From NCBI GenBank assembly GCA_964016885.1, contig OZ024752.1, positions 32,488,001 to 32,552,000 of the forward strand: a DNA stretch of 64,000 bases, given 5' to 3'. Within the stretch, counting starts at the first letter, position 1, and each line of letters begins with the position of its first letter. Origin of the DNA: Eledone cirrhosa (lineage: Eukaryota). The notes under the pieces are model-generated. The model made no database searches and had not been told where the DNA came from. It saw only the letters and a program-made list of their open reading frames with translations. Shown here one piece after another: positions 26,756-38,731 of the stretch. The translations under genes and the position numbers were made by a program.

Positions 26756-27090
26756 AGCTCTGCTGATGATGAATTCCAACCGTGACCATCTCCGCTGAAA
26801 ATTTTCATGAAATAGTCTTACGACTATACAGAGCATTTGAAGTTTTTCCAAAATGAAGGATAGGTATCTTGAACTTTATTTTATCATGAGTTAAGGCTCT
26901 ATTGATTTTTCCCTGGATTTCACTAAATTCTGTGGATGAATTTATATCCCGATTCTCTTTAGGATGAGTTTAAATTATTTTTCCCACATCTTCCGTTAAC
27001 TATTTTTCCCATTTTGACGCTATAGTCACTTATATATCATGGAATGCTGTTCGCTTTTCGCTGCAGTGTTTTCTATACCTTTCATTTATA
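26752..27090 (+). mobile_element. (TA)n-flanked HHR element; a 5'-truncated second copy lies at 59515-59750 (-)
   Basis: The tail aaggctctattgatttttccctggatttcactaaattctg...ttttgacgctatagtcacttata is found reverse-complemented at about 59.5-59.75 kb. Confidence 0.8.
26757..26834 (+). ncRNA. Type-I hammerhead with well-formed stems I and III
   Basis: GCTCTG-CTGATGA-TGAA...TTCA-t-GAAA-TAGTC(ttac)GACTA-TA-CAGAGC; AUA site. Confidence 0.78.
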
Positions 27091-27161
27091 TATATATATA
27101 TATATATATATAATAAGAATAAGGAAGAAGAATTCAGTGTTGCATCATACCATATTTAATA

Positions 27162-27254
27162 ACATATTACATATGTTTCTCTATCGATCAGCTCGTGGCA
27201 AGATCTATTATAGATCGAACCTGACTCTGTAATAGAAAGGTGGTCAGATATGCT
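27162..27254 (-). ncRNA. Extended-stem-II hammerhead, family C (one core substitution)
   Basis: AGCATAT-CTGACcA-cctt-TCTAT-tacagag-TCAGgTTCG-ATCTAT(a)ATAGAT-..-CGAGCTGA-tcg-ATAGA-GAAA-CATATG-TA-ATATGTT. Confidence 0.65.
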
Positions 27255-27590
27255 TAGTATATGGGGATAGAGTCAGGACCGCGACGGCTGAGCTCCGGCC
27301 GTTTCGACAGCTAGATCTAAGTGTCGAGAACTCTGGTGCGTTATGGTCCACCTAGTATCTTACCACACTTTCTTTGTTATATATATATATATATAACGAA
27401 GGAGGTGTGGTAAGGAACCAGGTGGACCATAACGCACCAGAGTACTCAATACTTAGGGTAGTAGAGTGGGTAATAGTAAAATGTATGACCCCGACGGCAG
27501 AGCTCAAGCCGTTTCGACGGTTATTTCTGGAGTCCAGAAATAGCCGTTGAAACGGCTTGAGCTCTGCTGTCGGGGTCATACATTTTACTA

Positions 27591-27666
<76 letters not shown>

Positions 27667-28869
27667 TAATTAAAGATGGTTTTCCGAAGCGGTTCGAGAG
27701 AAAAATCACAGTTAAACAAGATACTCGATGCATTAGAAGAGAATAAACATATTTATTAAATATAAAAATGACATACACATACACACATATATGAGTGTGG
27801 GTATGTATGTATGTATGTATACGCATTTATTTGTATATACAAATACAAGAAAAACTGATTTAATAGTCGTTGCATATCTTTGTAATGAAATATCTGTCTT
27901 GGAATATATCTGAAGACGTGTAAGCGCGTGTGTGTGTGTGCATGTACGTGTGCCTGTGTGGATGTGTGCGTACATTAGCCTCTGTGTGTGTATATGTGTA
28001 TATGTGTGTGTGTATGTGTATATGTGTCTGTGTGTGTGTGTGTGTACATTTGGCTCTCTGTGTGTGCGTCAATGTATAAACTAGTATGCGTGTTTCGATA
28101 TAGTTTTGCTGTGAAAATATAATAAATATATATTTTTCGAGGCAATGATAACATACCTGATCGAACAAATGATGGCTATTGCGCAGGTTGAATACAAAAT
28201 GCAGAATATACATGATTTTTCAAAGGAAATATGCACTGGAATTGATTTACCATTCCTTCTCCAGCAAAGCATGAAGTCTAAGAATGTCGTTGCCAGAAGC
28301 TCTACTACATGAATTCCATTAGAAAAACGATAGTGTGGATGGAATTTAAAATCAAGATACTGATGATAATGATGATGATGTTACTGACATTGTTGTTGTT
28401 GTTGGTGGTGTTGTTGTTGTTGTTGTTGGTGGTGGTGGTGTTGTTGTTGTATAGTCCTATCTCAACACGAACCACACACAGATAGGATCAAATCGATCCA
28501 GCCGTAAATAAGTTGTTGTTTTATAGATAATGTATTACTTTGTGTTGGTTTTGTAAAAAGAGAGGGCAGTGTAACCATAGAGACTTACTGCACATATATA
28601 ATTAGGACAATGGGATTGATGAGTTAATATCTGTATACAACAACTACAACGGTACGCGATGGGGCCCACCCACAGCCCCGGCGGACAGAATGGAGAAGGC
28701 GTTTCCCCGGAGGACTGTGGAATAAATTATGGAATGCGTCGTTCCGTTTTTAAGACGCTAAGTTGTGATTTGAGGGAGAATTCGGTTGTTATCTCTAGCA
28801 GATCAACCAGATATGTAGATGTTACGTCAGAGCTTCACTTACCACCAAGCTATATCGACTGGTGAGTCT

Positions 28870-29866
28870 ATCTCCCTATACTATCTTACATTTACTATAG
28901 CCTATCTCCCTATAATATAGTATGTCTATACTATATAACATACTATATCCTGTCTATACTATATCACATATACTATACTATATAACATATGCTATATCCT
29001 GTATAGTATATAACATATACTATACTATATCCTGTCTATACTATATAACATATACTATATACTATATTATGTATATACTATATAACATACACTATACTAT
29101 ATCATGTCTATACTATATAACATATTCTATACTATATCATGTCTATACTATATAACATATTCTATACTATATCATGTCTATACTATATAACATATTCTAT
29201 ATCCTGTCATACTTTATACTATATCCTGTCAATACTATATAACATATATACTATATAACATATACTATATATACTATATAACATATACTATATATACTAT
29301 ATAACATATATACTACATAACATATACTATATATACTATATAACATATACTATATATACTATATAACATATATACTATATAACATATATACTATATAACA
29401 TATACTATATATACTATATATACTATATAACATATACTATATATACTATATAACATATACTATATATACTATATAACATATACTATATATACTATATAAC
29501 ATATATACTACATAACATATACTATATATACTATATAACATATATACTATATAACATATACTATATATACTATATAACATATATACTATATATACTATAT
29601 AACATATATACTATATATACTATATAACATATATACTATATAACATATATACTATATACTATATATACTATATAACATATACTATATATACTATATAACA
29701 TATACTATATATACTATATAACATATATACTATATAACATATATACTATATAACATATACTATATATACTATATAACATATACTATATATACTATATAAC
29801 ATATATACTATATAACATATACTATATATACTATATAACATATATACTATATAACATATACTATAT
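28870..29866. repeat. AT-rich minisatellite (TACTATATAACATA variants)
   Basis: Direct reading. Confidence 0.93.
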
Positions 29867-29997
29867 CCAGTCTCAATTCAATATTTAGGTTTCGATTGTC
29901 AGTTGTTTTCATAAAGTTTCACATCAAAACGACTTCTGGGCAAAAATAGTTGGGTGTAGTTATGTTAGTGGATAGTTCGGGATATGGGAGTGTTTTG

Positions 29998-30141
29998 ATA
30001 ACATGGGATGAGGGGAGGATAACATGGGATGAGAGGAAGACAACATGGGATGAGGGGAAGACAACGTGGGATGAGAGGAAGACAACATGGGATGAGGGGA
30101 GGATAACATGGGATGAGGGGAAGACAACGTGGGATGAGAGG
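29998..30141. repeat. 21-bp minisatellite, about 7 copies
   Basis: acatgggatgaggggaggata and variants. Confidence 0.92.
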
Positions 30142-30259
30142 AGAGTGTCTGTAGTGCCTGAATGGAGGTAACATGAGACCAGCAAACTCCGAGAAGCAGA
30201 GACCATTGTAGTTGTGATAGCTGATACCAAGGACTTTGTTTCAGGGGGGGGGGGGGGGG

Positions 30260-30590
30260 GTACCTTGTGCCAAAAGTAGAAACAATTATTATTAAAATAA
30301 ATTACCAGTAATACACTGGGGTCGATATAATAAACTTTCCCTCCTCCCAAATTTGTTGGCCTTGTGCCTAAATCAGAAATCATTATTGATCAGAAGAAAG
30401 GGCAGTGGATTGGCAATATCGGTGGAGGGTGGGACGCCATGCTTTCCAGCATAGTTACGTCCCTTTACGATCTGAGTTCAAATCCCGCCGAGGTTGACTT
30501 TGCCTTTCATCCTTACGGGGGTCGATAAAATAAAGTACCAGTAACGCACTGGGTAATTGCTGGCCTTGTGCCTAAAGTAGAAACAATTAT
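30260..30590. mobile_element. SINE fragments and a full plus-strand copy (30405-30590) with TSD ttattgatcagaagaaa
   Basis: Consensus match and duplicated flank. Confidence 0.88.
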
Positions 30591-31564
30591 TGATCAGAAG
30601 AAAAGGAGCAGTCGATACAGATAACACCCCAAAATGGAAATAGAGGTATTACCTGGAAATTCCTTAAGATCAGCGTCTCCACCCCACCCACCCTCATCAC
30701 AAGGGGGAAAATATATGCCTTCAGCTATAAACATAGGAAAGAAAAGAAAGAGAAAAAGAATACTACACTGTTGATTTTAAAGATTTTAAGATACATCAGA
30801 ATAAACTTTGTTCCTAGTGAAATTTCTAATTAGTATTAACAGCAATGAATAAACAATGGTTTAAATAAACATTTTTGGCACGTAATTTTCTCAAATGGAT
30901 AAAGTTACAGACAGTCACGTATGTTTTGGTTGTCTTTGAATTTCTTTGTTATTTGAATAGTTTTTAGTGTAGTTTTTAGTGTTTAGTATAATCCCTCGAT
31001 GTGAGTCTTGAAGAAGAAAGAAGAAAAAGAAAAAGAAAGAAGAAAAAGAAGAAAAAGAAGAAGAAGAAGAAGAAGAAGAAGAATGATGGTAAACTCTCTG
31101 TAAGCCGGGTTCTTTGCTGCAGATTAGATTCCCCGATAAAACAAAAATTAAAATTAAGAGAAAGAAAGAAGAAACAAAACAATAGGTATTAAACTTCAAA
31201 TCATATAGGTAAATAGGAATTTAGAATATGATAAATAATTGTTTCTATATTTTCTCACAAGGTCAGCAATTTGAAAGGAAGAAGAAAGTCGATTAAATCG
31301 ACTCTAACGTGTTACTGGTACTTTATTTCATTGACCCTGGAAGAATGAAAGACAAGCTAACTTCGGCGTGATTTGAACCATTAACGTAAAGGGACGACTT
31401 TCCCCCTCTCTTCAAATTGCTGCTCTTCTGCGAAATGTAGAAAGTTATTGTAACCAATTTACAACTTCATGATATGGGGTTTGTTGAGCACGTTATGTTA
31501 AATGAAGTAAAATGAAATCTTGCATTACAGTAAACCAAAGTATTAAATACTTTCCTTTACTTTC

Positions 31565-31955
31565 CTGCAACACTTTCTCCAGCTGCCATCTGGTCCAGTC
31601 TGCGACTAACCCATGTCCTGCTGCACGTCGGGGCTGAGGAGGCCAAACTCTCCCAGTACCGGTCGCTCTACGACGGGTTTGCGGTCGTGCCCTTAGCAGT
31701 GGAGACTTCTGGTGTCCTTGGCCCTAGGGCTACCTCCTTACTTACCACCATAGGCGCTGAGCTGGCCAGCCGCAGGTGTGAGCCCCGCGAGTTGGAATGG
31801 CTCTTCCAGCGCATCTCCCTTACCATCCTCCGTGGCTGTGGGTCAGCACGTGGGACCCCACTTGCTCCCCATACGAAGAGATGGGGAGGGCGAGGGAGAT
31901 GGAGGCGATGATAGTGGAAGTTCAGCTCTTCCACGTTCGAACCTTGTGGTTGTGT
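31565..31955 (+). mobile_element. CRE-like retrotransposon 3' fragment
   Basis: HLVQSATNPCPAARR-AEEAKLSQYRSLYDGFAVVPLAVETSGVLGPRATSLLTTIGAELASRRCEPRELEWLFQRISLTILRG. Confidence 0.78.
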
Positions 31956-32004
31956 TCATTAAGCAGTTTTACTTTTGTTAAGATTTTGTTTTTTATAACG
32001 ATAA

Positions 32005-32066
32005 TATAGGAATTAACAAGAAGCTGAACTAACCCAGCTAGAACTATAAGTGTGTGTGTCTTGCTT

Positions 32067-32119
<53 letters not shown>

Positions 32120-32200
32120 AATTCCGTAAACAAGAGACGAGCTTTTGACCTGTAGTCAAATACATTGAAACAACCATCGCTTGAACACTTCAACAGCTTG
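32005..32200. repeat. Unclassified interspersed repeat (second copy at 37668-37742)
   Basis: taggaattaacaag(aa)gctgaactaacccagctagaa...gtcttgctttc is shared; both copies begin at TA-rich sequence. Confidence 0.7.
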
Positions 32201-32781
32201 TGTATGTGTGTATATATATATATACACAAAAAAAAATTTTTTCTCCACACGCCACCTACACCCACAACACGCTTAAACCCCACACACACGTACTTTCCAC
32301 CACATATTTACACCCTCAGCCTCCTGATTCCTCTCCCCCCACCCCTCTATCCACACACGCACAGACACTCCGACCTACAACCCCCCCCCACACACACACA
32401 CACACCTCTTCCTGAACATGCAACCCCGTTCTTCCCCCAACCCTTACTTTCACATACACACACACACACACACACGTACACCTACACACACAGACCACCT
32501 TCAGCCCTCCCCGCTCGGACACCCCGTATCCCTCTCCCCACTCCACCCGCCACCACCCCTACACACCCCACACCCTTTACCACCTGTTTTACCCCACTTT
32601 TAATTTCAGTTTATTTTGATCATGCTTTTATATTTAAATTTATTTCATTCCTTGTATTTTGATCATGCTTTATTTTTATTATTATTTTTATTATTAATTT
32701 CATTCGCACCGTTTCCTTTCGTTATATGTCTCTCCACCACTCCCCTGCACACCCTTTGAACTCTGTTCCCACACACTTCTC

Positions 32782-32813
32782 ACCTGAGGAAGGGCTTATG
32801 CCCGAAACGTCGT
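32782..32813 (+). ncRNA. Penelope-type minimal hammerhead
   Basis: AC-CTGAGGA-a-GGGC(ttat)GCCC-GAAAC-GTC-GT. Stem III is reduced to a palindromic ACGT; aataaa at 32850; (TA)n at about 32905. Confidence 0.75.
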
Positions 32814-32901
32814 TCCCCACCAACACCCCACTCTCCAGAGCGTGAAATTAATAAACATTCGTTGTACTGCCTCTCTGTTTTGTTCCTGTTCATATTTTTC
32901 C

Positions 32902-32945
<44 letters not shown>

Positions 32946-33443
32946 CCTCTCCACCTTCACTCTCATCTCCTCCCCTTTTTTCATCCTTTCCACCCCCCCC
33001 CCCCTCCCTAAATAAAATATTTTTTCCTCGTACATATTTTTCCCTTCGTTAATTTTAAAATTCTTTTAATTTATACATTATCTTCCAACGGTTTTCAACC
33101 TCTCTATGTAAAACAATATATCTTCTCTCAGTTATAAAAACTATCTCTTTCTCTCTATCACCCATCTCTCCCTCTCCACCTTCACTCTCATCTCCTCCCC
33201 TTTTTCATCCTTTCCACCCCCCCCTCCCCTCTCTAAATAAAATATTTTTCCCAATATCACACATCAATCTAAAACTACTTTTCATATGTTGATTTAAAAC
33301 TGCACTATCCACAAGTGTTTTTTAGCCTTCATATCATGTCCTCCTGTTTTATCTGATGAAAACACAAATATTATTGCATGATGATGTTTGTTTTTGAAAT
33401 GCGCATAATAAAATACATGGAACTCCTTTAACCATCTTTTGAT

Positions 33444-33477
<34 letters not shown>

Positions 33478-34211
33478 TATATAGATATATATATGGATCT
33501 GTAACTCCTGATAGAGTCGTAGAGGCACCGTAGTGACATACAAATACTTTGAACGATTTAAACCTGGCGGAACACCCATGCCCTCATCATATCTGAATAC
33601 AGAGGATTTCTTCGAGAGAAAGAGAGGCAATGATAGAGGGGAGGGGTGAGAAAATGATAAAGAGGAAGTGAGAAAGAGACATAGAGAAAAATATTGGCCA
33701 CAGTACTAGACTGGCACTTTTTTTATCTAATTCGAAAGGATGTAAAGCAAAGTTGACCTCGACCGGATTTGAACTCAGAGAGCAGAGTACCAGTATTAAC
33801 ACTACAAAACACTATCAGACGTTCAACAGCTTAACACCATGATATTTCCTTGAACAAATCTGATTCTAGACACTTGTCTTCCGCAGGAGTCGGTATATTA
33901 TTAAAATTTACACATTAAATCCTGTTGAAAATGACTAGATGCTTTGTTATCGCTGGATCAATATAGAAAATCGATATCCAATAGATGACCTTAAAATACT
34001 AAAACGGAAAATCGATAATGTCTCTCGTTTCTACCGATATGTATTAAGCGAAAAATAAACAGTAGTTTTATGACAGCGTCGTAAAACAATATTGGTTGGT
34101 GTTGTAGGTTTTAGTTATACGTTGAAAACAGAAACGGTTAATATTGCTGAAAAATATTCTCTTGTTCGATAAAGATTTTCTATTATTTACCATGTTTCAC
34201 ACAAACATCTA

Positions 34212-34314
<103 letters not shown>

Positions 34315-34394
34315 TTACAATAAATGCGTCCCTAGGCGGTATGCCGTTTGAGCACTCGATGCTAGCGCAGAGCAGAGTATATTATAGATAACGA

Positions 34395-34628
34395 GGTGGA
34401 TTGGCAGAATCGGTAGAGGGTCGGACGCCATGCTAGGGCGGTGAATTGGCAGAATCGGTAGAGGGTCGGACGCCATGCTTTCCAGCATAGTTACGTCCCT
34501 TTACGATCTGAGTTCAAATCCCGCCGAGGTTGACTTTGCCTTTCATCCTTACGGGGTCGATAAAATAAAAGTACCAGTAATGCACTGGATAATTGCTGGC
34601 CTTGTGCCTAAAGTAGAAACAATTATTA
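34395..34628 (+). mobile_element. SINE with a duplicated 5' head, inserted into the family C fold-back
   Basis: TSD attatagataacgagg on both sides; the head ggcagaatcggtagagggtcggacgccatgct occurs twice. Confidence 0.9.
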
Positions 34629-34671
34629 TAGATAACGAGGAATCAGTAATGCATCGAAACACAATTTATTA

Positions 34672-34763
34672 ACATATTACATGTGTTTCTCCGACGATCA
34701 GCTCAAGGCAGGATTTATTATAAATCGAACCTGACTCTGCATTCGGAAGGTCCTCAAATATGT
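34672..34763 (-). ncRNA. Extended-stem-II hammerhead, family C (second copy), within palindrome 34625-34860
   Basis: ACATAT-tTGAGGA-cct-TCCGA-atgcagag-TCAGgttc-GATTTAT(a)ATAAATC-..-gagCTGA-tcg-TCGGA-GAAA-CAcaTG-TA-ATATGT. Confidence 0.65.
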
Positions 34764-34916
34764 GTATAGACCCTGCATTGAGCTGATCGTCGGAGAAGCA
34801 TATGTAATATGTTAATAAATTGTGTTTTTATGCATCACTGATTCCTTGTTATCTATAATATATATATATATATACTCTTTTACCTGTTCCAGCCATGCTG
34901 GGGCACCACCCTTGAG

Positions 34917-34948
<32 letters not shown>

Positions 34949-34950
<2 letters not shown>

Positions 34951-35086
34951 GGGTGGTAGCTGGAAAAGCGGAAAATTTGTCATGAAGTGCACGGACGACA
35001 TTTTGAGTATAATGCTTTGTAACATCAGTCTTTGTAAAAATAAATCGCAGTTTCACCAATTTTCCGCTTTTCTAGCGACCACCGTG
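34949..35086. mobile_element. Tc1/mariner-type MITE
   Basis: About 29-bp imperfect TIRs cagggtggtagctggaaaagcggaaaatt / aattttccgcttttctagcgaccaccgtg, in a TA context. Confidence 0.8.
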
Positions 35087-35199
35087 TATATATATATATA
35101 TGTGTGTGTGTGTGAAGATGTAGGATGCTCAAGTGCAGGAGATAACAGCAATTACCCTCTGTTGATATAAAATAGCTTATAAAAATCGGAAAATATTGT

Positions 35200-35295
35200 C
35201 AGCAGCCGCTACGAAAGATCGAACTCCGCATCCCCCAGTTACCGGTTGAGTGCTATAGCCACTGATCTAAGGGACCACTGAGTTAAGGGACCCCC
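35200..35295 (-). other. tRNA-like remnant (pseudo-tRNA or SINE head)
   Basis: Minus strand cagtggctatagcactcaaccggtaactgggggatgcggagttcgatctttcg contains a B-box-like gagttcgatc. Confidence 0.45.
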
Positions 35296-35463
35296 TGACA
35301 ATATCTTACTGTCTAAATTAAAGAGCTGGATCAAACAGCTTTTGAGAAGGTAAAGAAATGTCGTGGGTGAAGCTCGAATTTTCAAGCTTACAAAACTCAG
35401 AGGAAATAAAATGTTGTATGCTCAAGTTCAAGAAATAACTGCAGTTACAGTCAGTTGCTATAT

Positions 35464-35518
<55 letters not shown>

Positions 35519-35537
35519 TATATTCTTCCCCCCTGTC

Positions 35538-35643
<106 letters not shown>

Positions 35644-35675
35644 AAAGAATAGAGGTGTAACACACAAGTTATTAT

Positions 35676-36066
35676 ATATTGGTAAACGGAATAGAAAATG
35701 CTGACAAATTGTTCACAGTTGAAAAATGGTTTAATTAGGAATAAAAGAGTATTAGTAATTGTATGGGTTAGTATTCAGTTGTGGTTTTAAGTTTTTAAGT
35801 TTTTACCGGTTGCGCATTTCTAAATGCTTTTCAAAAATAATTTTGAGATAGAGTGTCCGTGTTGTTTGCTCAGATCAGAGCAAACAACACGGACACTCTA
35901 TCTCAAAATTATTTTTGAAAAGCATTTAGAAATGCGCAACCGGTAAAAACTTAAAAACTTAAAACCACAACTGAATACTAACCCATACAATCACTAATAC
36001 TCTTTTATTCCTAATTAAACCATTTTTCAACTGTGAACAATTTGTCAGCATTTTCTATTCCGTTTA

Positions 36067-36072
<6 letters not shown>
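35676..36072. repeat. Near-perfect palindrome with ~195-bp arms, between (TA)n tracts
   Basis: attggtaaacggaatagaaaatgctgac...gttgtttgctc-agatca-gagcaaacaac...gtcagcattttctattccgtttaccaat. Confidence 0.93.
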
Positions 36073-36106
<34 letters not shown>

Positions 36107-36152
36107 TATTGAAGTTTGCTTGAAGCATTGTGGAACAATAAGTAAATATCTT

Positions 36153-36572
36153 TAAGTCGTTTGGAAGCCTCGACAATGCAAATGGGTAAATCTCCGGGTA
36201 ACAAGGTCCGGTGGTGGAGGGAGAGATGTAAGTGGGTGTACGTTGGGATGCGTGGTGTGTATAAGATGTGTGAGATGTGTAGAATGGAGGGAAGAGTAAA
36301 AGGATAAAAATAAAAATAACAACACAAGAGAGAGTGTTACCTTGGGAGAGATATAATAGTTCCTATATATTTCGGATTCACAAGGTAACACTCTCTCTTG
36401 TGTTGTTATTTTTATTTTTATCCTTTTACTCTTCCCTCCATTCTACACATCTCACACATCTTATACACACCACGCATCCCAACGTACACCCACTTACATC
36501 TCTCTCTCCACCACCGGACCTTGTTACCCGGAGATTTACCCATTTGCATTGTCGAGGCTTCCAAACGACTTA
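36153..36572. repeat. Near-perfect palindrome with ~190-bp arms and a ~36-bp spacer, between (TA)n tracts
   Basis: aagtcgtttggaagcctcgac...gtgttaccttg / caaggtaacac...gtcgaggcttccaaacgactt. Confidence 0.93.
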
Positions 36573-36583
36573 TATATATATAT

Positions 36584-36623
<40 letters not shown>

Positions 36624-36987
36624 GGGATAACAAGTTATCGTTATAGGTAATCCAGTTAGAGGTTGTGACTACCCTGCGTCGTGGATACTATCTGACCATA
36701 TTTACGTACTCTGGTGTGTTGACCAGAGGTAAATAATGTATTGGAGATCGAATGACGCAACCTCAGGCGATTAGCGAACTCTAGACTCACCTGATTAACG
36801 AAACAATTGCCAGCCCTTATTGTGCAGCCAACCATGTTACTCTTCATTCTTTAACTATATATATATATATATAATATAAAACTCGAGGGCGACCGGCAAA
36901 GGTACAAGGTGCTGAATAGCGGTCGCCCTCGGGTCCTCGATTTTGAGCCCCATGGATTTTATCTATTACATTCACGTATTATATTTC

Positions 36988-37032
36988 GAATACCTGATGA
37001 TATCACTGGATTCATACGGAACCCGGTCATTG
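36988..37032 (+). ncRNA. Degenerate hammerhead motif
   Basis: AAT-ac-CTGATGA-TAT(..)ATA-c-GgAA-cCCGG-TC-ATT; GAAA is mutated to GGAA; aataaa follows downstream. Confidence 0.4.
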
Positions 37033-37568
37033 AAATGATCATAGTATAATAAACCTTTCAAGGATTTACACAAATGCAGCCTCCTGTCATTTCATTATAA
37101 TATTTAACTCCGTAATAGCACCACCAACTACAAAAACAAAGACGGTTGAACTGCTTTACGTTGAGTACTCTCTATATTATTACATTGCGATTGACCATAC
37201 GGAATTGACCAGCTCTATCCAGTGGTGAACCTCAAACCTGAATATATATATATATATATATAATATAGATGAGATTCTACAGGACTAGAACTGTTTCATT
37301 CTTTAGAAATCATCAAGGGTTGACGGACCCAGCATATTTATCAATGCCAGTACCAGTTGTATCTCAGCGCACTCAATGGGCAATGTAAGATACATTACCA
37401 GAGTATACACATAGTTATTTGCCTCAACACAACACACGTAAAGCGGGTGCCTATAAGGTTCCCGGACTCGAGTTTCTGCCGCACTAATGCACCATCTGTC
37501 TGCATATATTATGCAACGATGCACAATCGGCTTATGCGGCTTCATCAGCGGGTATCGCCTAATTACGG

Positions 37569-37625
<57 letters not shown>

Positions 37626-37634
37626 AGGGTATAC

Positions 37635-37671
<37 letters not shown>

Positions 37672-37764
37672 GGAATTAACAAGCTGAACTAACCCAGCTA
37701 GAAATACAAATGTGTGTGTTTTTTTGCGTCTTGCTTTCACATACACACACATATATATATGTAC

Positions 37765-37797
<33 letters not shown>

Positions 37798-38055
37798 TGT
37801 ATGTATGTATGTATGTATGTATGTATGTATGTATGTATGTATGTATGTATGAATGTGTGTATGTGTACTAATTGTCACAAGTGTAGTGTTTGTACCAGAG
37901 TTTTCAAGTTGCTGGCTGGATTAAAAAGTCACACTCGTTCAGCGCATCGGTAGGGGTTCTCCTACATGGATATAAAGTAGTGGCCGTACTCGAAAACGAG
38001 CTGGCAGCCACTATGTGTACTAATAACCTCTCCGTCATATCAACTGAGGTGAATA

Positions 38056-38097
38056 TATGTCACTGATGAGATCTATCAAGATCGAAACATGCCCATA
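38056..38097 (+). ncRNA. Hammerhead motif with a mutated cleavage triplet
   Basis: TATG-tca-CTGATGA-GATC(tatcaa)GATC-GAAA-CATG-cc-CATA; the site reads GCC instead of GUC. Confidence 0.55.
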
Positions 38098-38731
38098 GTT
38101 TTCACCACTTTGCTCTGAAGACAAGATCCACTCGTAACTAATTATTTGTTATCATTGCTTATTGTTTCTTTGATGTATTCTATTATTTAAATGACATCTC
38201 AGAAGTTGTTTTTGTCTTCTAATTGCAGGAATAATCTATTTCGGTTAATCAAAAGTTTTTTTTCATTTCGCTATATTATATTTCTGAGGTATTTCCCCGC
38301 CGCCGCCGTCGTGGGTGTATATATGTTATACATAGGTTTCACTGATCATCCCAGACAAATGACATCAAATCGATTGATATTCAACTCGAACAACTGTAGA
38401 TCGATGCTGAGAGAGAAAACGTGACCTGCCAGAGCGTTCCAGAAAGTTACAGTTCTGGTAGGAGCTGGGGGAGGCGAAGGTTGAAGAAAAGACTAGTGGA
38501 GGTGTTTAGTCTTGTATTTTTGGCGATCACAAATGTATAGAAGTGGGCTATAGTTAATTAATATTCGCCACCAATATATTACTGGTACTCATTTATTCAA
38601 CAGAGGATGAATGAAATTAGATTCTACTCCATCAGAATTTGAACTCTGAACCTAACTAAATATATTCTACAAGATATTTTCAGCCGATGATCCACTGGTT
38701 TCTGGTATTTGTTGTCTTTATATGTCACAAA

